From a virus: DNA of 64,000 nucleotides. Positions 44,586 to 54,831 of this stretch are shown piece after piece; within the stretch, counting starts at the first letter, position 1, and each line of letters opens with the position of its first letter. The notes under the pieces are model-generated. The model was not told where the DNA came from, searched no databases, and worked only from the letters and a program-made list of their open reading frames with translations. The stretch covers positions 64,001 through 128,000 of the IMG/VR virus record IMGVR_UViG_3300025913_000021; one strand, written 5' to 3'. The translations under genes and the position numbers were made by a program.

Positions 44586-44893
44586 TCGTCGTCCTTCCCT
44601 GCCGACGCACCCATTTGCCGCATGGCCTCGGCGATGATGCTCTTGGTCGCAGCTCGGCCCAGGATCGCGAAGTCGTCGTCGCTGTCCGAGTTCTTCGTCA
44701 GGTCTCGTCCGGTGATCTTCGTAGCCAGCGCACCGACCGCCGCCGAAGCGATGGCGACCAACGGCTGCGCGTCGATTTTCACGACCGCCAGGACCACGAT
44801 GCCGACGATGCAGACCATCGCCGTAGCACCGAGGAACGTCAGGATCAGGCGGTCGTTACTCCCTTCCTCCTGGTGCTGCTGCTTCCGCGCCAT
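44582..44893 (-). CDS. two-TM membrane protein (holin-like)
   Basis: Two hydrophobic helices and a charged C-terminus. Confidence 0.5.
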   Translation of the reverse strand: MARKQQHQEEGSNDRLILTFLGATAMVCIVGIVVLAVVKIDAQPLVAIASAAVGALATKITGRDLTKNSDSDDDFAILGRAATKSIIAEAMRQMGASAGKDDE

Positions 44894-44984
44894 TGCCCTC
44901 GACTCCTCTGTTGCCCGTTCCCGCACGGAAAAGGCGTCACTAGGCCATCGGTCCTTCGCGGCTACGGCTTCACCATGAAAGGGG

Positions 44985-46706
44985 TCAGAACCACAACGAC
45001 ACGTTTACGTCGGCTGCCGCCGTCGGCCCGCCGTCCACCAATGCGGTGGCCGTGAGCAGACCAGCACTGAGCGTCGGCACCGAGGTCTCGAAGCGCACGT
45101 CCTGCACCTCGTAGGTCTGCGCCACGCCGGTCACCTTCGACACCCGGATGACGATGGGCACGCCGCCCGGCGCGGTGAAGCTCAGCGGCCCGATCTCGGC
45201 GAAACCGATCGTGGTCGTGACCGTGTAGTTGGCCCCCGCGATCTGGGTGTTCGTGTCCAGGCGGATGACCTGGAGACCGATGTCGTTGGTCGCGGTGGTC
45301 AGCTCGTTCGTGCGCAGCGAGGCGTACGCGCGGTAGGTCCCCGGATCGAGCGAGCCCATGTTCCCCTGTGCCCACTCGCCGTTGAGCTGCAACAGCATCG
45401 ACTGGCCGGTGTCGCTGATGTCATCGGTGATCAACCCGACCAGCGCCGGGTCGGACACGTCCACCGCCGACGGGTCGCTCATGTAGATCTCCAGCGCCTC
45501 CACCAGCGGCCACTCCACGTGGTAGTAACCCAGCGGATCGACCGGCGTTGCTCCTGGCGGATCGCAGACCAGATCCACGTAGCTCGGCGTCGCCGCGTTG
45601 TCGCTGATCCGGATCGTCACCTCAGAGGTGCCGTCCGGGGGCGTCTTGAAGAACGCCGTCAGTCGAGCGGGCTTCACCGGGGCCGGACTCTCGGTGATGT
45701 CGAGAACCTGCGTGTCGGTGACCACGCCCGGCGTGAAGAAGTTCAAGATCCGCACACCGCGCGGGATCGACGCCAGCTCCAGCGAACCGGCCAGCTCGTT
45801 GAGCGTGACCAGCACGCCGCTGCCGATGGTCGTCCCGGTCTCCTGCGGGAAACCCGGCAGCAGCGAGTCGCCCGTGTCCACCCACATGGTGCGCGGCACA
45901 ATGCTGGTGTCGGTGACGCCCTCGGTGACCTCGTGCACCAGGGAGTTGCCGTCGTACTCGCCGGAGGCGGTGGCCCGGTAGATGCGCCACGCCTGGCAGC
46001 CGTCCGGGATGAACGCCCCCGGGATGGTGACCTCGATCGAGTTCGCGGCGTTGGTGGTGTTCACGGTGTTGACCGTGATCGTCTGGTCCTCGGCGATGCC
46101 GTCGTCGTAGAAGCTGCCGCTGGTCAGCGAGCCGATGAAGTAGAACTGGCTCTGCCCCGGCCGCGAGCGGTAGATGCGGATGCCCGCCGCGCCGGTCCCC
46201 AGCGTGCCGAAGTCGAGCTTGATGCGGTTGGTCGTGCCCGAGACCACCTGGACGTTGTTGATGCTGCTCGGCGTCGTCTCACCGCCGTACGGGTCGTAGT
46301 AGGTGATCAGGTACGAGTACGTGCCGGGCAGCAGTCCACCGGACGAGGGCTCCACGGTGGCGCTCGGTGCAGCCGGTGGTCCGATCGGGTTCGGCGTGGT
46401 CACCGATGCCTCGGGGCTCGCGGCGGTCTCCAGCCCGAAGCGGTCGATGAAGGAAGCCCGGTAGTAGAACGTTGTCGCGGCAGGCAAATGGCCGCCCGTC
46501 GAAACGGCGACGAACGTGCACGGGTCGGTCGGGTCGCCCAGCGGCGGCTCGCCCGTGTGCTGGTGGTTGGCCAGCGCGTACAGCAGGTCGTCCAGCCGCA
46601 CCCGGTCGGCGTCCGAGAAGGCCCAGCCGTCCTTGCTGAACGCCTCGCCCGCGTTGATGCGCGTCAAGCCGAAGTGCGAAGTCGGCGTGGTGACGGATTC
46701 GGTCAT
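44985..46706 (-). CDS. minor tail protein
   Basis: 573 aa, beta-rich; repeated YxYxxxxxDxxGxETxxS and RIYR motifs; tail-module position. Confidence 0.7.
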   Translation of the reverse strand: MTESVTTPTSHFGLTRINAGEAFSKDGWAFSDADRVRLDDLLYALANHQHTGEPPLGDPTDPCTFVAVSTGGHLPAATTFYYRASFIDRFGLETAASPEASVTTPNPIGPPAAPSATVEPSSGGLLPGTYSYLITYYDPYGGETTPSSINNVQVVSGTTNRIKLDFGTLGTGAAGIRIYRSRPGQSQFYFIGSLTSGSFYDDGIAEDQTITVNTVNTTNAANSIEVTIPGAFIPDGCQAWRIYRATASGEYDGNSLVHEVTEGVTDTSIVPRTMWVDTGDSLLPGFPQETGTTIGSGVLVTLNELAGSLELASIPRGVRILNFFTPGVVTDTQVLDITESPAPVKPARLTAFFKTPPDGTSEVTIRISDNAATPSYVDLVCDPPGATPVDPLGYYHVEWPLVEALEIYMSDPSAVDVSDPALVGLITDDISDTGQSMLLQLNGEWAQGNMGSLDPGTYRAYASLRTNELTTATNDIGLQVIRLDTNTQIAGANYTVTTTIGFAEIGPLSFTAPGGVPIVIRVSKVTGVAQTYEVQDVRFETSVPTLSAGLLTATALVDGGPTAAADVNVSLWF

Positions 46707-46713
46707 CGAGTCC

Positions 46714-47178
46714 TCACACGTAGTAGGGGACGGGCTGTGGCTCGTCCTGGAACGGGACAGGCTTCACGACACCGGTACCACTGAGCACCTGGCCGTGGAG
46801 GAGCAGGGAGCGCGAGACTGCTGCGCCGACCGAGCCCTGGAAGTCGAACTGAGCCTCGTGACTCAGACGGGCATCCAATTGCGTGTGACCGATGATCGTA
46901 GCGGTGAACTGGGGGCGTTCGACCACGACGAGCGTGCCGGACAGGATGGTGCTGCCGACGATCGTCCCGGCTAGCGGCGCGCGCTGACCGAGCGTGGCGG
47001 TGAACCGGGTGCGCCCGACGATGGTGCCGCTCAGGTGTGCCGGGAGCGAGAGCCTCGGGCTGACGAAGCGGGTCTTGCCGACGATATGCGCGTGCAGCCC
47101 GCTCGTGACCTCATCGGGGTCACCCCCGAGCATGGTCGAGCCAGTGAAGAAGTCGCCGAGGAGGTTGCTCACTGCCAC
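46714..47178 (-). CDS. tail-module protein with short GxIVGxT repeats
   Basis: HIVGKTRF / GTIVGRTRF / GTIVGSTIL / ATIIGHTQL. Confidence 0.55.
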   Translation of the reverse strand: MAVSNLLGDFFTGSTMLGGDPDEVTSGLHAHIVGKTRFVSPRLSLPAHLSGTIVGRTRFTATLGQRAPLAGTIVGSTILSGTLVVVERPQFTATIIGHTQLDARLSHEAQFDFQGSVGAAVSRSLLLHGQVLSGTGVVKPVPFQDEPQPVPYYV

Positions 47179-50100
47179 CTCGGGATGCTTGCGCCGTCCA
47201 GGTGGATCGTGTCGGTGGTCAGCGAGTCCACGATGTCGATCGTGTTGTAGTACGAGTGCAGCGTCCGTGTGACGTACGCGCCAGCCACGCCGTCGTAGGC
47301 GGTGATGGGCATGTAGCAGTGCTGCGTGTCGGGACGCATGTCGCTGTCGAGTTCGCAGATCACGGCCCCGGCCGTCCCTCCGGTGATCGACCCGTGCAAC
47401 CGGATCCGGTCACCCTCGATAGACCATGAGGGAGCGTCGAGGGCCGTCCAGCCGTTCAGGAGCATGAGCGGCACGCGGGTCTCGCGCAGGTAGTTGGTTC
47501 GGATGCGCGTCCATTGCTGCGCCTCGTAGATCGCGAGGTTGCTGATCTGCACCGGACCAGTGGTGCCACTGTCCCCCGTGGAGCCGCCCAGGAAGAAGTA
47601 GCCGCCCTCGTACGAGGTGCTGTCCAGGTAGGCGTAGCTGGTGAACAGCTTCGTGCCGTCCATGTAGATCGACAACTGGAAGCTGCCCGGCTGCTGGAGG
47701 CTGTCCAGTGAGAGGCGGATGTCCCAGTGGTGACTGCCGGTCGTGTACGCCGAGCCGGGCTGCGGACTGGCCCCGAAGAAGCCACTGCTGCCGACGTGCG
47801 ACATCCCGACCGTCGGCTCGAAGGCGAAGAAGTTGCCGGTCTCGTTGCCCGCGCCATACGCACCGCTCGCTCCGCGCGCCAGCGGCAGCGACCCGGCCCA
47901 TGCCTTGTACGGCGGCGTACCGATGTCACTCAGGAGCGAGGCCGAACTGAACCAGCCGAACGAGAAGCCGCTGGCTGCATCGGGAACGTCCGCATCGAAG
48001 CTGATGTGCAGCCCATCCATCGCGAGCCGATTGATGTGCACCATGAGGCCCGCGCTCGCATCCGAGCTGGTGGTCAGTGAGGCCACACCGGAGCTGTCGA
48101 GAGTGGCGTCCTGGACGTGGAGCCAGAAGCTGTCGTCGGAGCCGTCGGTGGGCCAGTGCTGCATCGCTGCGGTCCCCGGCTGCCACTGTCCGCCGCCGTC
48201 GTCCCATACCGCTCGCAGCAGACCGCCCTGGTGATGCACGAAGTCGCTCTTGAAGATCGAGCCGGTGATGGTGCCGTAGAAGCCCATGTCCACAAGACCG
48301 CGAGCGGTACCGCCGCCACCGCCGCCGCTGTCCGTGCCGTCGGTGATCATGTTCCACACGCCGCCGACGCTCACGTAGAGCGCGTAGTTCGCCAGGTCGA
48401 TGGCCAGTACCCGGTCGGGCACGGTGACCGAGGGGGCACCGTAGGAGACGATCGGCGTCAGCGGCTGCCACTGACCGTCCCCGAACGAGCCGTAGAGCAG
48501 GCTCGCGTTGAGGTCGAGCCAGACGCTGCCGACCGGCGCAATGCCAATCGGAGGGCCACTGCTGACGTGCGTGGTCGGCTTCTGTTGCCAGCCGCTCGGC
48601 GCGATCGAGTCGGCCAAGATCACATGAGAGAGACCGAGCGAGGCGTCGGCACAGGCAGAGCCATTGCCCATGTGCCACCCGATGCACCCGCCACCGAAGT
48701 CCTGGGTCATCGGCGGGAGGTGGAACACGCCCAGCGGGATCGGGTTGCCGGGATCGCCCGCGTCGTAGAGGCACATCGTGTTGCCGGAGCAGATCACTCG
48801 CAGGTTCCGGAGACCGCCAGTCGTGCCCGGCATCGAGGTGGTGCCGTAACCGATGACCGAGTGCACGCCGCCCACGAGCAAACGGATGGTCATCTGTTCC
48901 GTGTTCGGATTCATCTCCAGGTAGATGCCGTTGAGCCCATCGTCGCTGGTGCGCAGCAACGGCCCGTGCATGGAGCCGAGGTCGGTGACGTTCTGCCAGG
49001 CGAACGTCACGTCGATGTCGTGAGCACGAATGTCGCTGATGATCGACGCCAGCCCCCCGGTGTCCCCGGACTCGAAGCGCAGTAGCGGAGGTCCGAGGGT
49101 GAGCGTCGTACCCCACACCGACGAACCGACCGGCGTCCACGGCTCGGCACCGCGCCAGGCACTGAGATCCACGACGCTCGGCGATTCAGCCGGTACGCCA
49201 CCGCTGATCGCAGCAAAGACGAGCTGCGTCGTCACGCCACGCATGACACCCATGCCGACCGGAGCCGAGGAGCCGATCGAGGTCCAGTACAGGTTGGTGT
49301 CGCTGGCACAGCTCGCGCTGTTGGCCATGAAGCCCGAGTTGTTGCCCCGTGCAATCCCTGGAGTGAGCGAGAAGCTCTCGTAGGCGACCGTGTAGGGCGC
49401 ACCGCCCGGATCGGGGCGCACCCAGACGCGCAGCACGTCCTCGTACAGGCTGACCCATGCGTCCGGCGTCGTGTTGGCGACGAGAGGGTCACCGAACGTG
49501 CCAAGCGAAGTGAGAGCACCGCTCTCGATTCGGTACATCGTCGGCGAGGCACCGGGTGTGAGTGACAGGTACCAACCGTTCTTGCCGTCGGCGGTCGCGC
49601 CGATCACCGCACCCGCGTCCACCCCGTCAGCTCCGAGGTGCATCGCGAACACGAGCTGATGCTCGATGCCACCGAAGGGCCGCAGCACCTGGGCCTGATT
49701 GGTGAGCGGGTCGGTCGAGGTGACCATCGCGGCCGACACGGGTCGCCCGTCGTAGTGGCTCGGGGTGCCGAAGCCACCTTGGACGGTCGTCCACTGCGTG
49801 ACCCCGAGCGCCAGGGCCTGCGCATCGCTGGTGGTCTCGGTCGAGGGTCCGATAATCGACGCTCCACTGGCACCTGCGGAATCGTCGCCCGTGAAGTCGG
49901 TCTGCTGGAAGTAGCTGCTACCGGTGAAGGTGAACTCACCGCGCGTGCGCACGTACACCTGATCGCCGGGCACGAACACGTCGCCGTCGGGCGGGGGCAG
50001 GCGGTCCATCGACGCCAGTGCGGCCCGGAAGCGCCGCACGATGTCGGCCGTGAGTGCACCCTTGATCATCGTTCCCGAGAGGTGCGCCTGTGCCGTGGTC

Positions 50101-50456
50101 CCCAGCTCGCCACGAACCACCGCGAGGGTCAGTGTCGTGAAATCGACGCTCGTCAGTTTCACTATCTCGAACGTCGCCGGGTGCACGAGATCCGACTCGA
50201 TGGTCAGGTACAGCGGAGCCTTCGCCAGCTCCGCATCGGTCGGGAACGTGCTCACGTCGTCCACGACGATCGAGGTCACCGCGTCGTCGATGTCACCGTC
50301 CAAGGTGGCGAACACGAAGTCGCGCACCAGCGGCACGGTCGGCGTCGGCACCACCTGTGCTGGGGTCGTGTCCAGCGGTGGGCCCGGCGCAGTCGAGAAC
50401 GTGATCGTGCCACCCGTGACGGTGGCACTAGCCGGGACGAGGGTGAGCGTGGCCAT
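47169..50456 (-). CDS. large tail fibre / receptor-binding protein
   Basis: 1095 aa, Gly/Thr-rich; N-terminal EIVK...L.V.RG.LGTTA.AH; several lectin-like beta domains; C-terminal LLNGW...L.G module. Confidence 0.7.
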   Translation of the reverse strand: MATLTLVPASATVTGGTITFSTAPGPPLDTTPAQVVPTPTVPLVRDFVFATLDGDIDDAVTSIVVDDVSTFPTDAELAKAPLYLTIESDLVHPATFEIVKLTSVDFTTLTLAVVRGELGTTAQAHLSGTMIKGALTADIVRRFRAALASMDRLPPPDGDVFVPGDQVYVRTRGEFTFTGSSYFQQTDFTGDDSAGASGASIIGPSTETTSDAQALALGVTQWTTVQGGFGTPSHYDGRPVSAAMVTSTDPLTNQAQVLRPFGGIEHQLVFAMHLGADGVDAGAVIGATADGKNGWYLSLTPGASPTMYRIESGALTSLGTFGDPLVANTTPDAWVSLYEDVLRVWVRPDPGGAPYTVAYESFSLTPGIARGNNSGFMANSASCASDTNLYWTSIGSSAPVGMGVMRGVTTQLVFAAISGGVPAESPSVVDLSAWRGAEPWTPVGSSVWGTTLTLGPPLLRFESGDTGGLASIISDIRAHDIDVTFAWQNVTDLGSMHGPLLRTSDDGLNGIYLEMNPNTEQMTIRLLVGGVHSVIGYGTTSMPGTTGGLRNLRVICSGNTMCLYDAGDPGNPIPLGVFHLPPMTQDFGGGCIGWHMGNGSACADASLGLSHVILADSIAPSGWQQKPTTHVSSGPPIGIAPVGSVWLDLNASLLYGSFGDGQWQPLTPIVSYGAPSVTVPDRVLAIDLANYALYVSVGGVWNMITDGTDSGGGGGGTARGLVDMGFYGTITGSIFKSDFVHHQGGLLRAVWDDGGGQWQPGTAAMQHWPTDGSDDSFWLHVQDATLDSSGVASLTTSSDASAGLMVHINRLAMDGLHISFDADVPDAASGFSFGWFSSASLLSDIGTPPYKAWAGSLPLARGASGAYGAGNETGNFFAFEPTVGMSHVGSSGFFGASPQPGSAYTTGSHHWDIRLSLDSLQQPGSFQLSIYMDGTKLFTSYAYLDSTSYEGGYFFLGGSTGDSGTTGPVQISNLAIYEAQQWTRIRTNYLRETRVPLMLLNGWTALDAPSWSIEGDRIRLHGSITGGTAGAVICELDSDMRPDTQHCYMPITAYDGVAGAYVTRTLHSYYNTIDIVDSLTTDTIHLDGASIPRWQ

Positions 50457-50848
50457 CAGACCCCCGTGATCGTGAACGCCTGGCCGTTAGCGGTGAGCAC
50501 CTCGGCGCTCAGCGTTTGGGTGGACCCGGCATCGACGCAGAACAGCGGTCGGCCGCTGTTGTCCAGTGCGATGGCGAAGCGCCAGTTCGCCACGCTCATC
50601 GCCGGGAAGGACAGCCCCTTGCTGCCCAGACCGTAGTTGCCGGTGTTGCCGGTGCCCGAGCTGTCGTTGGCGATCTCGCCAGTGCCGCGCGAGTACGAGG
50701 CGTCGGTGCACTCGGACGGCGTGATGTCGCTCAGCGCATGCGTCGCGCTGAACACGTAGGTGTCCACGGCCAGCAGCATCGAGATCGAGCCCCAGTCGCT
50801 CGCCGGGTTCGACTGGAAGAAGCTGTCATACAGGGAGACGTTGGTCAT
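50456..50848 (-). CDS. minor tail protein
   Basis: TGATG junction; position; resembles the adjacent tail protein. Confidence 0.55.
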   Translation of the reverse strand: MTNVSLYDSFFQSNPASDWGSISMLLAVDTYVFSATHALSDITPSECTDASYSRGTGEIANDSSGTGNTGNYGLGSKGLSFPAMSVANWRFAIALDNSGRPLFCVDAGSTQTLSAEVLTANGQAFTITGV

Positions 50849-51285
50849 CAGGTCTCCTTCGCCACGAGCGATCCGGCCGAGAAGGATGGTCCTGGACCGG
50901 CGACGACGACCGTCGGGGTCAGGTCCGAGCCGTAGAGCACGTTGTCGGCGCTGGTCTTGGCGTTGCCGTCGCACAGGTAGAAGCTGCGCACCGTGCCGTA
51001 GCCCGAGCCGGTGACCGTCGGCCAGTTCGCGTCGAGCAGGTTGGCCTTCTGTCCCGTGCTGTCGGCCAGCGGCCAGAAGGTGCCGTCGTTGGGGACCTCG
51101 ATGCGGTCGTAGGCGGTGCCGGTCCCGCTGACCTCGTTGGTGAGGATCGACGTGCCATCCGTACTGGCCGCGAACACCGCCGTGGACAGCGCGATCCACA
51201 GGTTGGTCGGCGGTGTCCAGATCGTCTGCCCGAGCGCGTGGTCGAGCAACGCCTTCTGGAGGTAGATGCACTTGCCGCTGGCCAT
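50848..51285 (-). CDS. phage tail fibre-associated protein
   Basis: YLQKALLDH.LG...PT.LWIALST...EVSG...YDR...F.AGSL. Confidence 0.7.
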   Translation of the reverse strand: MASGKCIYLQKALLDHALGQTIWTPPTNLWIALSTAVFAASTDGTSILTNEVSGTGTAYDRIEVPNDGTFWPLADSTGQKANLLDANWPTVTGSGYGTVRSFYLCDGNAKTSADNVLYGSDLTPTVVVAGPGPSFSAGSLVAKET

Positions 51286-51292
51286 GTACGCC

Positions 51293-51814
51293 TCAGCTCT
51301 CGTTCCAGCCGAAGTGATAGTGGATCATCGTTGGGACGATCACTTCGGTACCTGTCTGCCCCAGTAGTGGCCCTTGCTCAACGAGACCGAAGTCGGTGAC
51401 GTGAGCCTGGATCACGACCCACGGTGCGCGGTTCGTTCCCGGTTCCAGTAGCGCGGCGGACACGTTCGCCCCGCTAGGTGAACTCGTCGGCACCGGGAGC
51501 GTGGCGATGGAGCTGGCGACGTTCACCGGCCGGTGGTAGGTATCGCTGATCCCGAAGCGCACGTCCCACCCTGGCGGCAGCGCGAGGTTGTCCGCCCAGA
51601 ACCGGATCGACTGGACCTCGCGGTCGCTCACGAACACGGCACGGATCCACCGCTCGAAGGAGTAGGGATGCCGCGCGGTCAGGATTCCGGCCTTGTATCC
51701 CTCGGCTGCCTGAATTGAATGCACGTCCAAACTCAGAAGGTGCACGAAATAGTCGGCCGGGGCGATCTTCATCTCCGACCCGATGGCCTCCTCGATGCTC
51801 ACGTACGTGCTCAC
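51293..51814 (-). CDS. tail-module protein, paralog of 51811..52329
   Basis: YSFERWIR...RFWADNL..PPGW...PWVVIQA...FGWNES. Confidence 0.65.
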   Translation of the reverse strand: MSTYVSIEEAIGSEMKIAPADYFVHLLSLDVHSIQAAEGYKAGILTARHPYSFERWIRAVFVSDREVQSIRFWADNLALPPGWDVRFGISDTYHRPVNVASSIATLPVPTSSPSGANVSAALLEPGTNRAPWVVIQAHVTDFGLVEQGPLLGQTGTEVIVPTMIHYHFGWNES

Positions 51815-52329
51815 GACTCCTCCCAGGCGAACCGGAAGTCGAGATCACCGAACTGGAACACCGTGTCGTCGTCGGCCGTCCACACCGCCTGGAGGACGAG
51901 CCAGGGCGTGTACTGCGTCGAGCTTCCGTCCAGGAGGTCGTCGAGCGGAGTGGTGCCGCTCAGCAGTGGGTAGAGGTTCGGCGCGTCCACCCCGGGGTCC
52001 TCGGTCGGCACCAAGGCGACCGCGATCTCACTTCGGCTGGTCGTCGGTTTCCGCCAGGTGAGGCTCGTACCCATCAGGAGCTGCCATCCCGGGTTGGGCG
52101 CGAGGTTGTCGATCCAGAAGCGCACGAGATGCGCCGAGCCTCCGGTCAGCCGCAGCCGCAGCCAGCGCTCGCAGGAGTAGGCGGGCAGCCCATTGAGGTT
52201 GCGTCGCAGCGGCGAGAGCGTCCCGGAGTGCTGGTCGGTGGCCATGATCTGAATGCTGGACGTGACGACCTCGGAGTCGGGCCCTAGGCCGACCGCCTCC
52301 AGCACGTCCACCTGGGCGTCGTCGCTCAC
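51811..52329 (-). CDS. tail-module protein, paralog of 51293..51814
   Basis: YSCERWLR...RFWIDNL..NPGW...PWLVLQA...FAWEES. Confidence 0.65.
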   Translation of the reverse strand: MSDDAQVDVLEAVGLGPDSEVVTSSIQIMATDQHSGTLSPLRRNLNGLPAYSCERWLRLRLTGGSAHLVRFWIDNLAPNPGWQLLMGTSLTWRKPTTSRSEIAVALVPTEDPGVDAPNLYPLLSGTTPLDDLLDGSSTQYTPWLVLQAVWTADDDTVFQFGDLDFRFAWEES

Positions 52330-52994
52330 CAGAACCTCACCATCGGATCGCTGACGGCCCCGCCGATCTGACCGGTCGGCACGGCGTACACGTCGCGGTT
52401 GCTGAACTGCCCCTGCCCGGCGAGAGCCAGCCCAGACCGCACCGTGGCGAGCTTGAGCGCCGCACCGAAGCGCTGGAAGGTCGTGGCGAGGTGTAGGTAC
52501 CCCATCGGCTCCGTGAGCGTCGGCAGACCCGCCAAGGCCCCGTCGTGGACGTAGTAGGACTCGGCGCTGTAGATCGGGTTCGGGTCGGTGTAGGCCACCG
52601 TCGAGAACAGCTCCGGGACACGGGCGATGAAACGCACCAGTGGGCCCATGTCGGGGCCCCCGGCCTTCGCGTCCTCCGTGCTCACGTCGATGGCGTTGCC
52701 CGCCTGGTGCTCCGCGTGGTCCTTGAAGATCTCCCGCTCCACGTCGTAGACGTAGCCGCTCTCGTAGAGGAACTCCTTGAGCAGGCCACTGGCTCCCGGG
52801 GAGCTGCTCTTGAGCAGGCTCGGCCGGGCGCAGACCTGGGCGAGGTACTCGATGTCGATCTGCGGAACGATCGGGGTGTCACGGCCGCTGAGGTCGGTGA
52901 CCGGCGTGGCGACGAACCCGGTCGTGTGTCCGAGCGTGAGCAGCGGCGGACTCGGCGGGGCATCGCCGATCGGGGTCACGAAGTTGTCGGTCAC
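52326..52994 (-). CDS. tail-module protein (possible degenerate peptidase-like H-x-x-G-x-A-x-D motif)
   Basis: EHQAGNAIDV...YLHL. Confidence 0.5.
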   Translation of the reverse strand: MTDNFVTPIGDAPPSPPLLTLGHTTGFVATPVTDLSGRDTPIVPQIDIEYLAQVCARPSLLKSSSPGASGLLKEFLYESGYVYDVEREIFKDHAEHQAGNAIDVSTEDAKAGGPDMGPLVRFIARVPELFSTVAYTDPNPIYSAESYYVHDGALAGLPTLTEPMGYLHLATTFQRFGAALKLATVRSGLALAGQGQFSNRDVYAVPTGQIGGAVSDPMVRFW

Positions 52995-53326
52995 AGCAGG
53001 TCCGCCTTGTGACGCCGGAAGATGACCGAGCCCTCGTCGGGCTGCGCGGTGCTGGTGACGTGGTAGTTCATGACCACGAGGCTCGCACGAGCACCCGCGT
53101 CCGGCGTGGTCCAGAAGTGGCTTGCGGCTGCGATCTTGTGCTCGATTCCGACGATCGTCAGATTGTCCGGCGTGCGAATGACCGGCACCCCGGCGGAGTA
53201 CGGGGCCACGGGCGTGATCTCCAGCGGCAGGTTCGGCACCTCGGAGGCGTAGCGCCAGGTCTTGCCGTCGTCGCCACTGCTGGCCATCCAGATCGACCGC
53301 AGGCTCAGATCCTCGAAGTAGCTCAT
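52991..53326 (-). CDS. hypothetical tail-module protein
   Basis: ATG 53326 within the overlapping chain. Confidence 0.55.
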   Translation of the reverse strand: MSYFEDLSLRSIWMASSGDDGKTWRYASEVPNLPLEITPVAPYSAGVPVIRTPDNLTIVGIEHKIAAASHFWTTPDAGARASLVVMNYHVTSTAQPDEGSVIFRRHKADLL

Positions 53327-54831
53327 GTCAACCGAGGCCCGTTGTTGGTCACGACGAAGTGCATCTGGCCGACCCGGTTGCAGTCGCGCAGCACCCGGAA
53401 CCCTGCGTAACGCACCAGGCCCGACTGAGCTGGCTCCTCGCGCTGGTTCCAGATGTCGGTAGTGAACGGCCCGATCGAGCTGATCTTGTTGGCCGGTCGG
53501 TACCAGTCGTGATCGAAGGCGTAGCCCTCGGGGTTGAGCGACGGGAAGCGCCGCTGGCCCGACTCGAAGAACGGATCGTCGTCGAAGATCAGGTTCGGCA
53601 CCGGCTGGTACTGGTGACGACCCCACTTCGCGGCGTAGATGTCGAACCGTGTTTTCGCCCCGAAGCCGTGCATGACGAAGTACCACAGCTCGGGCGCGCC
53701 GTAGTTCCCGCATCGCCACGGGTGCACGAGCACCGGCCCGAAGGCGTAGATGCCGTCAGGCAACGAGGTGGTCTGGTAGTAGGCGGCGAGCTGGCCGGTG
53801 ACCTTGCGGTCTCCCGTGACCTGGTTCTGGAACATCGAGCCGAAGGTGCCGCTGCCGTCGTCGGCGAAGCCGAAGTAGCCACAGTCCGCGCCGTTGTCGG
53901 ACACGTCGCCGAAGGTGGTCCAGATGAACGGCGTCGCATCGTCGGAAACGAAGAACTGGTGCTGCGATCCATTGTGGAAGCCCAGGTGCGGGATCATCAC
54001 GCGCCAGTCGTCGGTCTCGTCGGTCGTGTCGAAGCTCTCCGAGATCCTGGTGACGGGAACGCCGTCAGGACCGATGCGACGCACGGTGAGGCTCCCCGCC
54101 GAGTCGAGCCGGATCGGGAGGGTGCCTGACGAGTCGTACGTCGTGACGACGGTCTTGCGATGCGAGCTGAACACGTAGACGTAATCGCCGAGCCGCTGTG
54201 ATGCGAGGTCGGCCACGAGGTCCGCACTCCAGGCCCACGCGTCGGGAGGGATCGTCTCGATCGGATCGAGCTGGACCTCCCACTGGGTCACGTAGTCGCG
54301 GATCGAACGCGACTGTGGGTGGAAGGCGAGCCGAATCGCCGGGAAGCCACCAGCGCTCTGGTCGCTCGTGAACACCGTCGCCCACATGCCGTTGTGCGGC
54401 CCCTTGCCATGACCAGCGGGTGTGAGGGCCAGTGCACTGATGCCGCCCGCGTCCGGGGCGTAGCGGTGGTTCAGGTTGATCGTGGGCGGAAAGGTTCCCG
54501 GGTCCGTCCTGTAGTGACGGAGCGGGTTGCTCAGGTTCGTGAACACGTCGGTCGTGCCGAACGCTCCTGGCTGGGTGAAGATGCCATCGGTGATGTCGTC
54601 GGTCGGGTTGAGAGTGCTCAGTGACGGGTTCAACGCCCGCAGCTCGGTGACGGTGCTGCTGTAGCGCGTCGCCACCTCGGTCCAGGTCACCGGCTGCACG
54701 CCGAGGTAGGTGTCGGTGGTCAGGTAGGTGTGCGCGGGCAGGCCGTACACCCGGCGCGTGTAGAAGTTCTCGTTCGTCGGGACGATGGTGTCGATCAGTG
54801 GCGGCTTCGCCAGCCGGTAGTCCGAGCCCAT
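53323..54831 (-). CDS. minor tail protein with LysM-like segment
   Basis: TWTEVATRYSSTVTELRALNPSL. Confidence 0.6.
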   Translation of the reverse strand: MGSDYRLAKPPLIDTIVPTNENFYTRRVYGLPAHTYLTTDTYLGVQPVTWTEVATRYSSTVTELRALNPSLSTLNPTDDITDGIFTQPGAFGTTDVFTNLSNPLRHYRTDPGTFPPTINLNHRYAPDAGGISALALTPAGHGKGPHNGMWATVFTSDQSAGGFPAIRLAFHPQSRSIRDYVTQWEVQLDPIETIPPDAWAWSADLVADLASQRLGDYVYVFSSHRKTVVTTYDSSGTLPIRLDSAGSLTVRRIGPDGVPVTRISESFDTTDETDDWRVMIPHLGFHNGSQHQFFVSDDATPFIWTTFGDVSDNGADCGYFGFADDGSGTFGSMFQNQVTGDRKVTGQLAAYYQTTSLPDGIYAFGPVLVHPWRCGNYGAPELWYFVMHGFGAKTRFDIYAAKWGRHQYQPVPNLIFDDDPFFESGQRRFPSLNPEGYAFDHDWYRPANKISSIGPFTTDIWNQREEPAQSGLVRYAGFRVLRDCNRVGQMHFVVTNNGPRLT

